Origin: Bispira polyomma
Lineage: Eukaryota
Assembly: GCA_965649765.1 (NCBI GenBank)
Contig: OZ287758.1
Span: forward strand, 33,170,001-33,234,000
Reading direction: 5' to 3'
DNA length: 64,000 nucleotides
In this document: one piece after another, positions 36,345-48,897 of the stretch
Numbering within the stretch: the first letter of the stretch is position 1
Layout: every line of letters starts with the position of its first letter
Notes under the pieces: generated by a model
The model's input: only the letters and a program-made list of their open reading frames with translations
Databases searched by the model: none
What the model was told of the DNA's origin: nothing
Position numbers and translations under genes: made by a program

Positions 36345-37987
36345 GACAGTATTTTGTCCCCCTTGCAGTTTTGACTGCCGTTTTGTCCCCTCGGTATTTT
36401 GTCCAACGACATTTTGTCCATGCAGTTGAAATAATTTACATGTATACTAATAAATTTTGGAGCATCGTTGATATATTTTACAAACAAAACATTCCTGTAA
36501 GACTACTGTGCAATTGTTCCAAAAGGTTCATGGGGTGGACATTACACATGCTAATGTGTGTTCTTCTATGCTATTCTGTTTCTTTTTATATGTTGCAGCT
36601 TCGCGTCCTATTTCTAGTTAATTTCCAAAATGCATATGAATTTTCTAGGTGAGTTTTGACGGTTGTTTTGACAGGAAACAGAAAATAAAGGCGAATGGCA
36701 TTTTCCCGGAATTTACCGATTTTCCGTCAGTAACTTGTGAACAACTGGTTTTCAAATACGTAAGCGATAGCAGCACTAGTTAAAATGGACATAGTTTGTG
36801 TGAGTGAAGCTTTTTATTTATATTATATCAATGTTCACAATTTCAAAATGCAATATAAATTGTGAAAACATTTTAGCATATGTTTAAATTTTAGAAAACT
36901 TTGGGTGTCAATTCAAATTATGGAGCATATCTATTAAAAACAAGTTGAATCCTGTGAAAGATTTTATACGTTACTGTAGATTCATATTGTTGCAGCAAAT
37001 TGTTCTCATTGCAGTACACATGTTTTGAAAGTATTTTTACAATAATGTATGAATTATATAGTGGAATGCTATATGTAAATTTTCTGTGTGTTTTGGTATG
37101 TACCTGATGGTTGTTTTGAAGAATAATGTTTTTTTTTTTTCTTGAAGTTGGGATAAAGATATTTGTTGACACAGCTATTACTGATTATGTTGTGTTTATA
37201 TACTGTTTGTTACAATTTGTAATTTTAGTTTTGCAATAATACCATTACTTTTAGTTATCTTGATACTTACACAATTTTCATTTGACATTAGTAAACCTGA
37301 ATTTGTTTTAAATTGTTGCAAACTTAATTGTTTCTTATTTATTTGTAGTATAATTTACTTAGGATGAGGTGAAGGTATCAACAAGTATAATTCAACTGAA
37401 AGCACCATAGCCTTCAAATCTAGTACCTGGCATTGTAATTTAGCACAACTAAAACCACGCGGTATATGTGGCTTTACTTGCGATCTTTCAGGAAAGATTT
37501 CACTTGTGATTTATAAATGACCATGTCAGAAATGTGACTTATAAGTCAAATTAAAACAACCTGTGGCAAATTACATTCAGAAATAAAACAACCTGTGCCA
37601 AATTACAATGCTAGCCACTTAGCCACAATTATTTTCGATACAATGTTATATGATTGGTAGCAAGGTTTACATGGTCCTATAACTTTCTCGTATGTTTTTG
37701 TTCCTTGTTGTTCAATGTTGTGTTTGTTCTAGGTTATTAACAGCTGTAGATGAGTGTGACATTTTTTTTTTTGTTAAAGTTCTAGATGGTACTTACGATT
37801 TTTTCAGATAAAAAATAATAGTGTCTTGTCCCGAAGTTGTCCCAATTGCCAAACTATTGTAGAATTGGTGTTGTATATATGGAAAAGTATTCACTAGTAA
37901 TTATTTGTCCCCACATTCAAGAAAGTTGGTATCTGTTTTTACCCTGCTTTTGTCGCTGACACGCTACTATATCCCAAGAATATTGTC
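36345..37987. mobile_element. Possible old TIR element with ttttgtcc subterminal motifs
   Basis: gacagtattttgtcc at left, aagaatattgtc at right, ttgtccc clusters at both ends; no TSD seen. Confidence 0.35.
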
Positions 37988-38644
37988 GTATTGAAATACT
38001 TTAAAGACTGCTGAGCTTATTTTCTCTCTTCTTGCACATTTAAAAATCATTTCATCCTTGTACGTATGATGTTTTGGAATGATGTTTGTCAAAAAACTGA
38101 TTTAGATTTTTCATAAGACAACTATATCCAGTTTGTATCTTTTATAATTTTCCTCACAATGGTATAAATTTTGGAATTTTTAGTTTTAGCACCCAATTTG
38201 AATTTTGACCCTTCAAAAGTTTGCAAGAAAAGGCTACTGTAGAGTGTAGACAACCCTAAAGTTTTTTAATTTTGATGGCCACCATAAATGTTGTGTTATT
38301 AAGAAATAGTGTGCCTAAAAGTGTATTTAACATTGGCAGCTGGGCTGCATTTTCTATCTTAAAATCTCAAGAGATTCTGTCTCTGTGGATTAGAAATGTT
38401 GACATTTTTGTTTATTGAGTATTGTTTCATTTATTGTGATAAATTGAATTTAATGTTTTCTTAATAAAATTAGATAAGTTGTATATATAGTTTTTTTTCC
38501 TACTACATTCTTAATGATTATCTTGAAGGATAGGTTGTGGTTTTAGGTGGTCATAAGTTAGTCTTCCTTGTCTGTACTAGATTACAGGAATAACCGTGTC
38601 ATGGAGGCCATATTTACTTACCACAGATGATTGTTGCACCTTTA

Positions 38645-38870
38645 ACTGCAGTGGCCTGGTGGTAAGAAGTGCCTGCTTCACAATCACTGGCCTCTGGCCA
38701 ATGTGGGTTTGAATCTGGTTTGTTCCTTTATGTGGGAAAGTTTGTCCGGTACTTGCCCTAGGTCGGTGGTTTACAGTGCGTCAGCAGTGGTTGTTCCACC
38801 ATTGAATTTGGCCATCATGATATGACCTGGGTTATTGAAAGCAACATAATTAAATTGAAATTAAATTGGA
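38645..38870 (+). mobile_element. tRNA-derived SINE with a family-A-like head and a different 3' half
   Basis: gtggcctggtggtaag...gcttcacaatcactgg...gggtttgaatc...tatgtgggaaag head; tail ggccatcatgatatgacc...ttgaaag. Confidence 0.7.
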
Positions 38871-39867
38871 CCTTTGTCCAAGAGTATAACCTTGAACTAT
38901 AACTTATCTCAGTAGCTATATGGTACAATTCTTCATTGGACGATTCCCTTTCACTCTGGTACATTTGACGGTTTCACCCACTGCATGTAATTTTTCGGCA
39001 TTTGTAATTATTTTACATTGAATCCAGCAATATTGGGTTCCATATTGACTATGGTTCTCTCATTATCTTGTGTTTGCATTTACTAACTTTAACTTTTGTT
39101 AAGGAAGTCATTTCAATTCAATGTTTTCTCAAATTTGATCATTTAATTGAGGAAATTATATTTAAATAAACTGGAAAAAGTGTCTTAAGGTTTAGGAGAT
39201 TATTTCAATGTATTGGAGTCCAGAATGTAACAGATATGACTTTTCAATTCATTCAAGGTCACAGCAAAAAGAATAAAACTGAAAATATATATTTCGTAAA
39301 TTTTGCCCATCTCTAAAACCCATTTTTAAGGTGATCACAAATTGTACTGTAAATTTTCTGCACTATCATAAAAATTAATAAACCATAGGATGATCGCTTG
39401 GTGTCTAGATCAAATCCACTATCTGCAGTGTCATTTTGCCAGATGCCTGGACCAATATTGCATGTTATGTTATTGTGACATACGTTCTTCATGAATTTAA
39501 GAACAGCATGCCTAAAGCAAAGAATCTAATCTGCATCCACATCTGGTTTCCATTGTTTAAACTTACTGAAGAAAGACATTTAGCTGTGACAAAAAAAACC
39601 TGATAGAAAGGTTAGCTTTTCTTCTTTCTGTTATGACAAGTGTATGTTGATATTGGAACTATTTTTTAATCTTTTTGGCTTCTAAATCTTAACTAGTGTT
39701 TTTCAAAGTGCTTATCCTCCTTAAGTACATGTATTTGTGTTGCCACATCAAATTGGGAATCCAGTCCAAATGGGCTCTCGCACCCTTCCTGTCCTGGTTC
39801 TATTTTGGACTAGATTCCTGATTTTTTTTCTTTTTTTTTTCATACCTTTAAAAAAACATAGAAAATT

Positions 39868-40130
39868 AATACAAATAACTGCACCTCGCAGGGTCACTTA
39901 TCTTTACAAAACACAGACAATTAACTTTGTAAAAGTGGCCAAAATTTATATTTTTTTGTACTGTTAAGAATAATTACAAATAACTGCACCTCGCAGGGTG
40001 ACTTATATTTACAAAACACAGAAAATTAACTTATCTTTACAAAACACAAAAAATTAACTTATCTTTACAAAACACAGAAAATTAACGTTGTAAAAGTGGC
40101 CAAAATTTATGATTTTTTATACTGGTAAGG
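39868..40130. repeat. Nested tandem duplications (~105 bp and ~30 bp) in the LINE 3' UTR
   Basis: tacaaataactgcacctcgcagggt x2; cttatctttacaaaacacagaaaattaa repeated. Confidence 0.8.
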
Positions 40131-40233
40131 AAAAATAAACCATGTTGGTTTTGATGCTATGTACATTTCAAGAAAGAAGAACATTTTTTGCAAGGAAGAA
40201 AAGTAAAAACTTACACAATAGCTTTCCTGTAGG

Positions 40234-40798
40234 TTAGTTTAGCAAAATTTTTAATAAATGCCAATTTCTGTTGAATAATTCCTCCTTAAAATCTAGTTTA
40301 GCTACCAGCTTTTGTTCGTCATAGATAGTTTTAACTTTTTGCTGTAATTCCATAATACTTAAGTGATGTGAGTGTCTTGAATTGGAATAGATATAGCCTT
40401 TAGTGGCTAAAATAATAATATTGATTGGAAGGAAGTTATTATCAGTATTTAGATATCCTAAAATGTGTTCCACTGGACCCAGCATTATATTAATACCCAT
40501 CTTGGTCTTGATCCATGCTTCTACATTTTTCCAAAAGTTTACAGTCACTGGACAAAGAGAGAAGAGATGAATTATAGATTCTGGAGAGGATTTACACAGT
40601 AAGCAATTTGGAGATGACACTATGCCTATTTTATTAAGTAGTTTCTGGGTACCAAGAATACGACTTTTGTAAGATTCTGTACTGAAACCAAATAAGGTAG
40701 TTGTCCTGGATTTTTTTAAAACATGTTTTAAATGCCTGTTGCCATGTACTTTCATCAATATTTAAGTTAAGCTCAATTTTCCATTTATTAGTAGATTG
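40234..40798 (-). pseudogene. LINE ORF2 C-terminal region with CCHC zinc motif
   Basis: KWKIELN...WFQYRIL...NCLLCKSSPESIIHLFSLC...FW, one frameshift. Confidence 0.85.
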
Positions 40799-41929
40799 GC
40801 CAATCAAGGCCAATCTACTTATAATATTATGGAGATGATGTAGCCTGGATACTGGGATAGGACAAGCAAATATCAGAGACTGTTGCCATTGGAGCGCTGA
40901 AACTCGGCATATATATAGATTATGTGTTCTCAAAGTTGCAACTTTTTTTTTGGTACATTTGGTGCTTATCTTTAAGGAATTATTGCCGTTTTTTGTATTC
41001 GGATTTATTCGGCCTGCCTGTTGCTATGAAAAAAATAATTGGCAGTTTTTTTTCCTGATATATCTTTGCCGAGTGTTTCCCGCCAACTCTCCGTCCAGTA
41101 ATTAATTCTGACGTGTGCATGGGGAGGAGCTTATTGATGTAGGTTATATAACGACTGATTGTTGTCAGTCAGATACGAGTGCTAGATTTACAAAAATTAA
41201 CAGTTACTGAAGCTACAATTTTAAGATTAATATATCCATAAAAAGTAATTTAAACACTTTCTAAAACGTTTACAAATTGAAATTCTGTCTGATATTTACT
41301 GATATATGGCCATTTTAAAATAGATATACTTGCCATTAAACATAACCAGTAGAATTACGAATCTTAGCTGAATTTATTATTTTGCCGACAATATGCAAAA
41401 ATAATACACCCCACAGTTTTTTTTACGACAGATGACTTCATGTCCACATAATTATTAGCCCCGGAAATCAGGTAATCATGAAACTGTTTTCTCTGACATT
41501 ATTAAAGATACAAATCTGGTTTGGGTATCATTAGAAACCTTTCATTATGTATTTTTCAAAAGTGTTCATACAATCATATTATATGGACCATCAGTAGATA
41601 TATTTTGTGTTGAATTTTTTGTATATTTCCAGAATTAATAGGAAAAATTTGTTTTAAAAATATGGTTCCATAGAAATCATAACAAAAATAATTAAAACTA
41701 GAAAAATACTTATAACCAGTGTTATAATATTATCATCAAGATAAATTAACTTGAAATATTCGGTGTACACCTATATATTGTCTTTTGGTAAATGTGTACA
41801 GTACTACCACATGTAATTAAGTCCTACTCACTATTACTTTTCAATAAAAGTTGGAAATCACTCGAAGCTTGTTTTAGAGAAATTGACTGGTGACCAAAAA
41901 TGCAGAAATGAAAGAAAAAAGCAAAAAAA

Positions 41930-44890
41930 AAAAGCTCCACCAATTTTTTTAAATTGAAGTATAAAACAGTCCCTCTAGATACCACAACATTAAAATGGTA
42001 GGTGTCTTTTTCAGCAATCAAAGTATTAGTAAACATTACACGTATTTTATTCAAACAACACTGTAAAAAAACTACAATAATTTTAATTTCATATGATATG
42101 TCTACAAGATTTGTGGGATTTTTACTCACTGAGAAAATAATTTTGATGTATCAATTGGCTTTTAAAATGGTGCTATTTCCAGATGTACATTGTAGGTCTA
42201 CATATACACTTTGTTGTCAATAGTTGTCAAGATTTGTAGGATTTTTACTTACTGAGATAATACATTTTTATGTATTAAATTTGCTCTTGAAATGGTGATC
42301 TTTCAACATTTACATGGTAGGTTGACATATACACTTGAACATTGAAATAATTGTCATGCACTATTGCATTCATTAAATTCCAACACAATATGTGTGGAAG
42401 ATTTGTGGGGTTTTTAGTTTCTGAAACCATACAGGTGCATCTTCTGGGCAACTTCAATAGATCTGCTGTGAGACAACAGTGTCTTATTTTCTGCTGGTAC
42501 CTCACAGACCAACACCTTCCAAGAAGTGAAGAGCTGCCCCATGGAAAATACAGAAGAGTGTTTCTTGATCACTCGAATAACACTTTAATGATAACTTAGT
42601 TATACACTGCAACTATTTATTTCCACACAAAAAACACCTTAAAACTCACTTAGATATACACTGCAAGACAACACAATATATTTCTACACCAAAATAGGAT
42701 TTCAAAAACTCAGATGTACTGACCACCATTTTTCACAAGTTGCAATTGATTTAAATATCGCAGAAGAGAAGCTATTGTGTTTAAATGATCTTGAATGGCA
42801 AGATTCTATATGTACCAAACTTAAATTGGGATCTTATATTTAATATAAACCTCATAGCTCTACAGAAGAATATACATTGAACAATTTTTACAGAAATAAA
42901 AGGTCTCTCATTGTCCAATTAACATCTGGAATACTGCCTCTAGCCATAAAAACTAGGAGATACCAGAAAAAAGGGTTTTGTCAAATACTATATACTTTGT
43001 GTAATTTTATTTATTACCTTATTAATAACTGAGATTTACACTGCAACTATATATTCCCACACACAAAAGAAACACTTCAAAAACTCACTTTGATATACAC
43101 GGCAGGACACTACACAACATTTTTCCACACCAAAATAGCATTTCAAAACTCAGATATACTGTCTACCGTTTTAACAAAGAACTATAGATTGTCCCCTCAA
43201 TGTACACAGAAAAACTCAAAACAAAACCTAAAGTTCCAACAAAATTCAGGTATACACATAAATAGATCACACAGAATATCTCTCCAATACCCTTTCACCA
43301 TGTGTCACACAATGCAACTGATGACACTGTAAGAAAAACAGTTTTATAGCTACGAGAAATTGCCTATTGTCAAAAAAAGATTAGCATAGTTCAAAATGTT
43401 GACACATGCTCACACAGGCCACACCAATTACCTGACCTACATAGTTAATTGTAATCGATTGCAAGAAATAATGTCATACCTACTAGTTCAGGCAATCACT
43501 GTAGTCTCATCTTAAATGAAAAATAGTATTTAATGATGTGTTAATATATGCCATTATAGTATTCAAAGCTTATTGGGATTTACACCAAAAAATACATGTG
43601 TATCTTCTGGGCAGCTTCAATAGACCTGCTGTGAGACAACAGTGTCTGACTCTCAGCTGGTACCTCACAGACTAACACCTCCTTCCAGGAAGTGAAGAGC
43701 TGCCCCATGGGAAATACAGAAGAGTATTTCTTGATCACTTGAATAACACTTTAATGATAACTTAGATGTACACTGCAGCTTTATATCTCCACACACAAAA
43801 AACAACCTTAAAAACTAACTTAGAAGCTCCACCTATTTTCTTTAATCCAAGTATAAAACAGTCCCTCCAGACACCAGAACATTAAAATTGTATGTCTCTA
43901 TGCGAGTATAACATGTATTTTATTCAAATAACACTCTAAAAAACTATAATAATTATTTGAATTTAACATAATATATCTATTTAGTTTTTTTGGGTTTTTA
44001 CTCACTGAGAAAATAATTTTGATGTATTTATTGGCTTTTAAAATGGTGCTATTTCCAGATGTACATTGTAGGTCTATGTATGCACTTGATTAATTTTTGT
44101 CAATAGTTGTCATTATTCCATTTAATAAATTCAACTAGATGATTGTAGGGTACTTAGTTACTGAAATATTCTATATCTTTCAGACAGCTTCAATAGATCT
44201 GCTGGTCACATATTAAATAAAAATTGTTTTTTAATGATGTATTAATACATGCCACTATAGTATTCAAAGCTCATTGGGATTTACACAAGGTGCAAAGCAA
44301 TTTAGATAGTTACCCTGATTTGGATTTTTACTAATAATGCATTGAAGGGGCAAGGTCTATGTGACTGACAACATGTGCTCCTTTCAAATGTGCTGTTAAG
44401 CTCTTCTAGGTTAGTGAAATAATACATTTTATGGATTAAACTACAATAATTTTAATTTAACATGATATATCTACAAGATTTTTAATATTTTTACTTACTG
44501 ATATAATATATTTTTATGTTTATTTTTATCATTAAAATAAAGATGGTCACAAAGTGCGATCTTTTTTTGCAACACCATTTGTGTGGAATATTTATGGGGT
44601 TTTTAGTTTCTGAAACCATATACAGGTGTATCTTCTGAGCAGCTTCAATAGATCTGCTGTGAGACAACAGTGTCTTATTTTCTGCTGGTACCTCACAGAC
44701 TAATACCTCCTTCCAAGTAATAAAGAGCTGCCCCATGTAAATCACAGAAGAGTATTTCTTGATCACTTGAATAACACTTTAATGATAACTTAGTTATACA
44801 CTGCAACTGTATCCACACACCAAAAACACACCTCAAAAACTCACTTAGATATACATTGCAAAAGATTACACAATATATTTGCACCAAAAT
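41930..44890. repeat. Mosaic segmental repeats: three copies of a ~300-bp module plus reshuffled duplicated blocks
   Basis: Module cores at ~42432-42590, 43594-43755, 44622-44785; 41930-42225 resembles 43825-44110; 43520-43590 resembles 44220-44290. Confidence 0.85.
42755..42975 (+). mobile_element. RTE-X-like LINE C-terminal fragment
   Basis: EW...KLKLGSYI*YK...EEY...RNKRSLIVQLTSGILPLAIKTRRY resembles the KLRTY...GILPL.IETGRY signature. Confidence 0.6.
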
Positions 44891-45692
44891 AGTATTTTAC
44901 ATTATTTTAGTTTCAACCTACCACAGTGGTATATGACACTAGTGGAGATCAAAAATCTCGAGTAATTTTATTATCTTTGCTATTTAAACGGCTAGAATTT
45001 TTTGGGGGGTTATTATTATTATTAGCAGGTGCTCGCTACAGTATAAAATATAACATGCAAAATATAATTGTCATGTATATGTAAGTCCTCCACCTAATTG
45101 GGGTGAAAACATTATGCACCTAATTTATTGGAGATGTATAGAAGTAAAGCCGTGTATGCGTAGGATATTGGAAAAAATACAGTTAGTAAGTTATTTTGTT
45201 TACTTACAGTAAACTTCCACAGAATAATTTAATAACAAGTTTTAAGTAGGTAATTCCCTGGGTATACCCAAATTCTGCAGATTTAAAAAGAAGTTCCGTT
45301 CATATCTTAAATCAAATAAAATATCTGAAGCTTCAATAGGACAAATCTTCAATTTTCGCCTACTTGTATCGGATCCGTTTTTAAAAACTTAAATACTACA
45401 GCATTCATTGTGTGATTCATTTACCCTTGTGCTACTGATTACAAAAGTGAAAGAATTTTCAAAATCGGACCATTATTAAGGGAGATATGACCATTGAAAG
45501 TTTTTATACACAGTCTGTACATGGACACAAATGACGAAAAGAATAGTTATGGCCCAAAAGTTATACAAAGTGGCTGGGGTACGGTGATTTACAGTACTCT
45601 AGAAGAAATACTACAGTACGATTATTGATTTCTCTGGATTACCAGATCAAGTCTGTGACCACAAACAATTTCATAAGTTTTAACAAAGAGCT

Positions 45693-46097
45693 TTAAGTCA
45701 CGGTAGCATGTAAACCGAGTTTTCTGCCCGCGACAATGCTTTGATTTAATGACATACGCTTGTCTAGGGACAGAGTTTCTTACTATAGCAAATTGTTGTA
45801 AATGTGTAATGGCACATATAACAGACAAAAGGAATCATTTTCTTATGTAGTTTGTGGTTATATTGATTCATCCAATAGCCACAATATTATAACTTACAGC
45901 CAACCTAAAAGTACTTCATTAATAAAATACAATGATTTGAAAAAATTGACGTATATTTCCCGTTGTATAGTATATAGTAAACTGCCGTGTTAGATCCACA
46001 ATGATTTGCTATAGTAGACTACTCTGTCCCTCGTGGTGCTGTTAGTAAATCAAAGCATCAGCAAGGACTGAAAACTCGGTCTAGGTAGCATGGATTA
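45693..46097. mobile_element. MITE with ~100-bp imperfect inverted repeats, TTAA at both ends
   Basis: 45711-45802 is an imperfect reverse complement of 45994-46081. Confidence 0.65.
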
Positions 46098-46635
46098 AAG
46101 TTTTACCTTTCTTCCACGGCTCCGATAATAATAATATTATTAAAGCAAATGTATATCTACCCACGTCTATTCTATTGATTGGGGAAGTGAAGCACGTGTA
46201 TATAAGCGACAATGAAAGAATTTGATGCAAATTAGGCAATCTATCACTTACTTCCATATAAGGATATTTAGGCCGGATATTTAACTGTTTCTGACCTTTG
46301 ACTCGGCAGTAATCGCTAACATATATTACCTTATATCTTGTCTTTCATTATGTAGCATACAGTAAAAATGGCAGATATAATTTAAAAAAAAATGGGTCGA
46401 AGGATATTTTTTATTAAAACTTAAATATTTTAACCATTTTCTTACGGCTTTTGATGAAACAAAAAGCACAATAATGCCAATAAAATAGTTTATTCTATCT
46501 TTATAGTGAACTAAAACATAATTTTAGGTCGAACCTAAATAAAAGAGGGTCGAACGATCTGAGGAAAAACAGGTCGAAACGTTGTGAAGGTCAAGAAATC
46601 TGGATATCTTTTCCTGCCTCTTATTGTCTTTACAA

Positions 46636-47371
46636 GGTACATACTATACCTCGGACAAAACGCCCTGGTCCAGGGCTGTCAGAATAGAGCGGCAGGGCAT
46701 AAAAATTCTAAAACTTTATAATGATTAAATGGCTGTATCCAAATGGATACTCCACCAAAAATATTGGTCTTGGTACCAACAGTAAGCTGTTTTAATGTAC
46801 CTTGTGGTAGGTTTATCAAATTCTAATAAAATATAATGATTATGAACATATTGTTTAAGTTGGACTGTATCTCCCCACTTCCGCAGGGCGTTTTTTTTTC
46901 CAGGGCGTATTTTTCAAGGGGGTTTTCTTCCTATTACATTCCAACTCCATCACACTAACTTCAAAGCTTGTAACTTTCTTAATAATGATGTGTTTTTCAA
47001 ATTTAAAAAGCAGTTTCATCATTGAAGCTGACAACAAATATATTGAATTTGTGAAACAACAAACTTTAGTTTCTTATATTACATTAATCAAATTTATAAT
47101 TCTTGATAATCATAATAAATGCATTTAAGAAAGTCCAAATTCATGCAATTAATAATAATGTGTTTAATCATTTGATTTAAATTTGGTGAAATATATCGGA
47201 AGGTATATAACAAGAAATTTTTGGTGATACTAAAACAAAAATTTTAGGTAAGTATTCATCTAGATACAGCTCTGTAACCAGTTTAAATTTCCAAAGCCTT
47301 TTTTCCTCCAGGGTATTTTTTTCCCCGAGTCTATTCCAAATCCAAGTGATATTCGAGGTGTAGTATGTACC
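46636..47371. mobile_element. Non-autonomous Mutator-like element sharing TIR tips with 18390-20381
   Basis: ggtacatactatacctcgg ... cgaggtgtagtatgtacc; 9-bp TSD tctttacaa / tctttaaaa. Confidence 0.85.
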
Positions 47372-48897
47372 TCTTTAAAAGGGAAAAGTGCGGTAAAATA
47401 AAAAAAAATCCCTGTGCCATAAGTTCAAATTAATTCCCTGTGTCATAACTTCAAATTAATTAAATTTATTGAAGTGACTATTATACCGTCGTAGTCGGCA
47501 TTTTAACTCCCAAGGTATTTTGCCGACAATCGACTTTTTGGGTCAATTTTGTGTCTTCATGAGAATAAATTAGCCTTACTCCCTGCTCTACTTTCATGGA
47601 CAAAAACAACGAAAACTATTCATCGATGAAACAGCTGATGAGATCGCCTAATTTATTCCATGAATTTCGCTATTAATATCTGTTATATTTTGGTATAGCT
47701 AATGACATGCTTGCCAAGTATAAGGTAAGTAAAAATTTTAGCTGCCGTATATGGATGTTGGTATTTCTGGGTGCTCTCCCATAGTAGGGGTGGGACGGTG
47801 CAAAATAATTGCTTCGAGTGCTCGTGTTCGGAAACCTGACTCGAATTCGGGTACTCGCGAGTTTCAGTATTAACTATATGGAAACCCAAAACAAATATGG
47901 CCGTTTCCCGTAGCGATGTTTTTGTAAAAAATGTCTGATATTTTAAAACATATATAGGAATATGGAATGAAATGTAGGTTATTTGACTAAATCTAAAATT
48001 TTATTCGATGTAACCAGGCCAAAATGTGCAAATCTTAATATTTTATGGATCTTTTATATTGTGTGAGCAATAATCAACTGTATTAACAAGTGGCATACAT
48101 CCCGACAAACAATAAAAAAATGTAAGGATTCAGCAAATTTATTTTCGGTGACTGAATTGTCAACAAAATAGCAAATTCAGCTTATATTTGTAATGTTACT
48201 GACTGGCGGCAAAATATCTTGGGAGTTAAAATGCCAACTACATCGGTATAATAGTCTCCTCGTAAATTTATTGGCCTGACAATACTATAAGTTCTTTGTT
48301 TGCCCATGTACAAATACATAGATATTTTTTTCGAAAACAAAATAATCTTTTTTAAAAAAAATGTATATTTAATGTTAATATAAATAAATTTCACACATTA
48401 CATATCAATATGTATTTTTGTTTTATCTGTCAACCTGTCTACCTATAAAAACAAGTTGTCAGTGAATGGAAGGTAATTTACAGATATAAATATTTTTTTG
48501 CGGACAAAAAGTGATTTGTTTACAGATATAAATGTTTGATCATAGTTCACTGTATTTTCGACCTATTAAAGAAATAATTAATCCTTATGGTTTTGTGGGC
48601 CGTTTTAAAATATTAAGGTATATGAAGTGCCATTAGTATATTTTTGTAATTTTGTTAAGTAAGATCTATGTTTAAAACAATGATTCATTCTTCATTATTG
48701 GTAGAAACGTCAAATGAGCCGAAAATATGATTATTGACCATATATTATTTTGCAGACAGAATTTTTTTATCTGAAATCTAGTTGATAAAATAGATAATAC
48801 TTTATTTGTCATCTGTCGTCATAATAGCTTCATCGTATTAAACAAGTACTGAGTGAGACAATCTACATGTGGCCCTATGGGCCACTCTTATCTTGTT

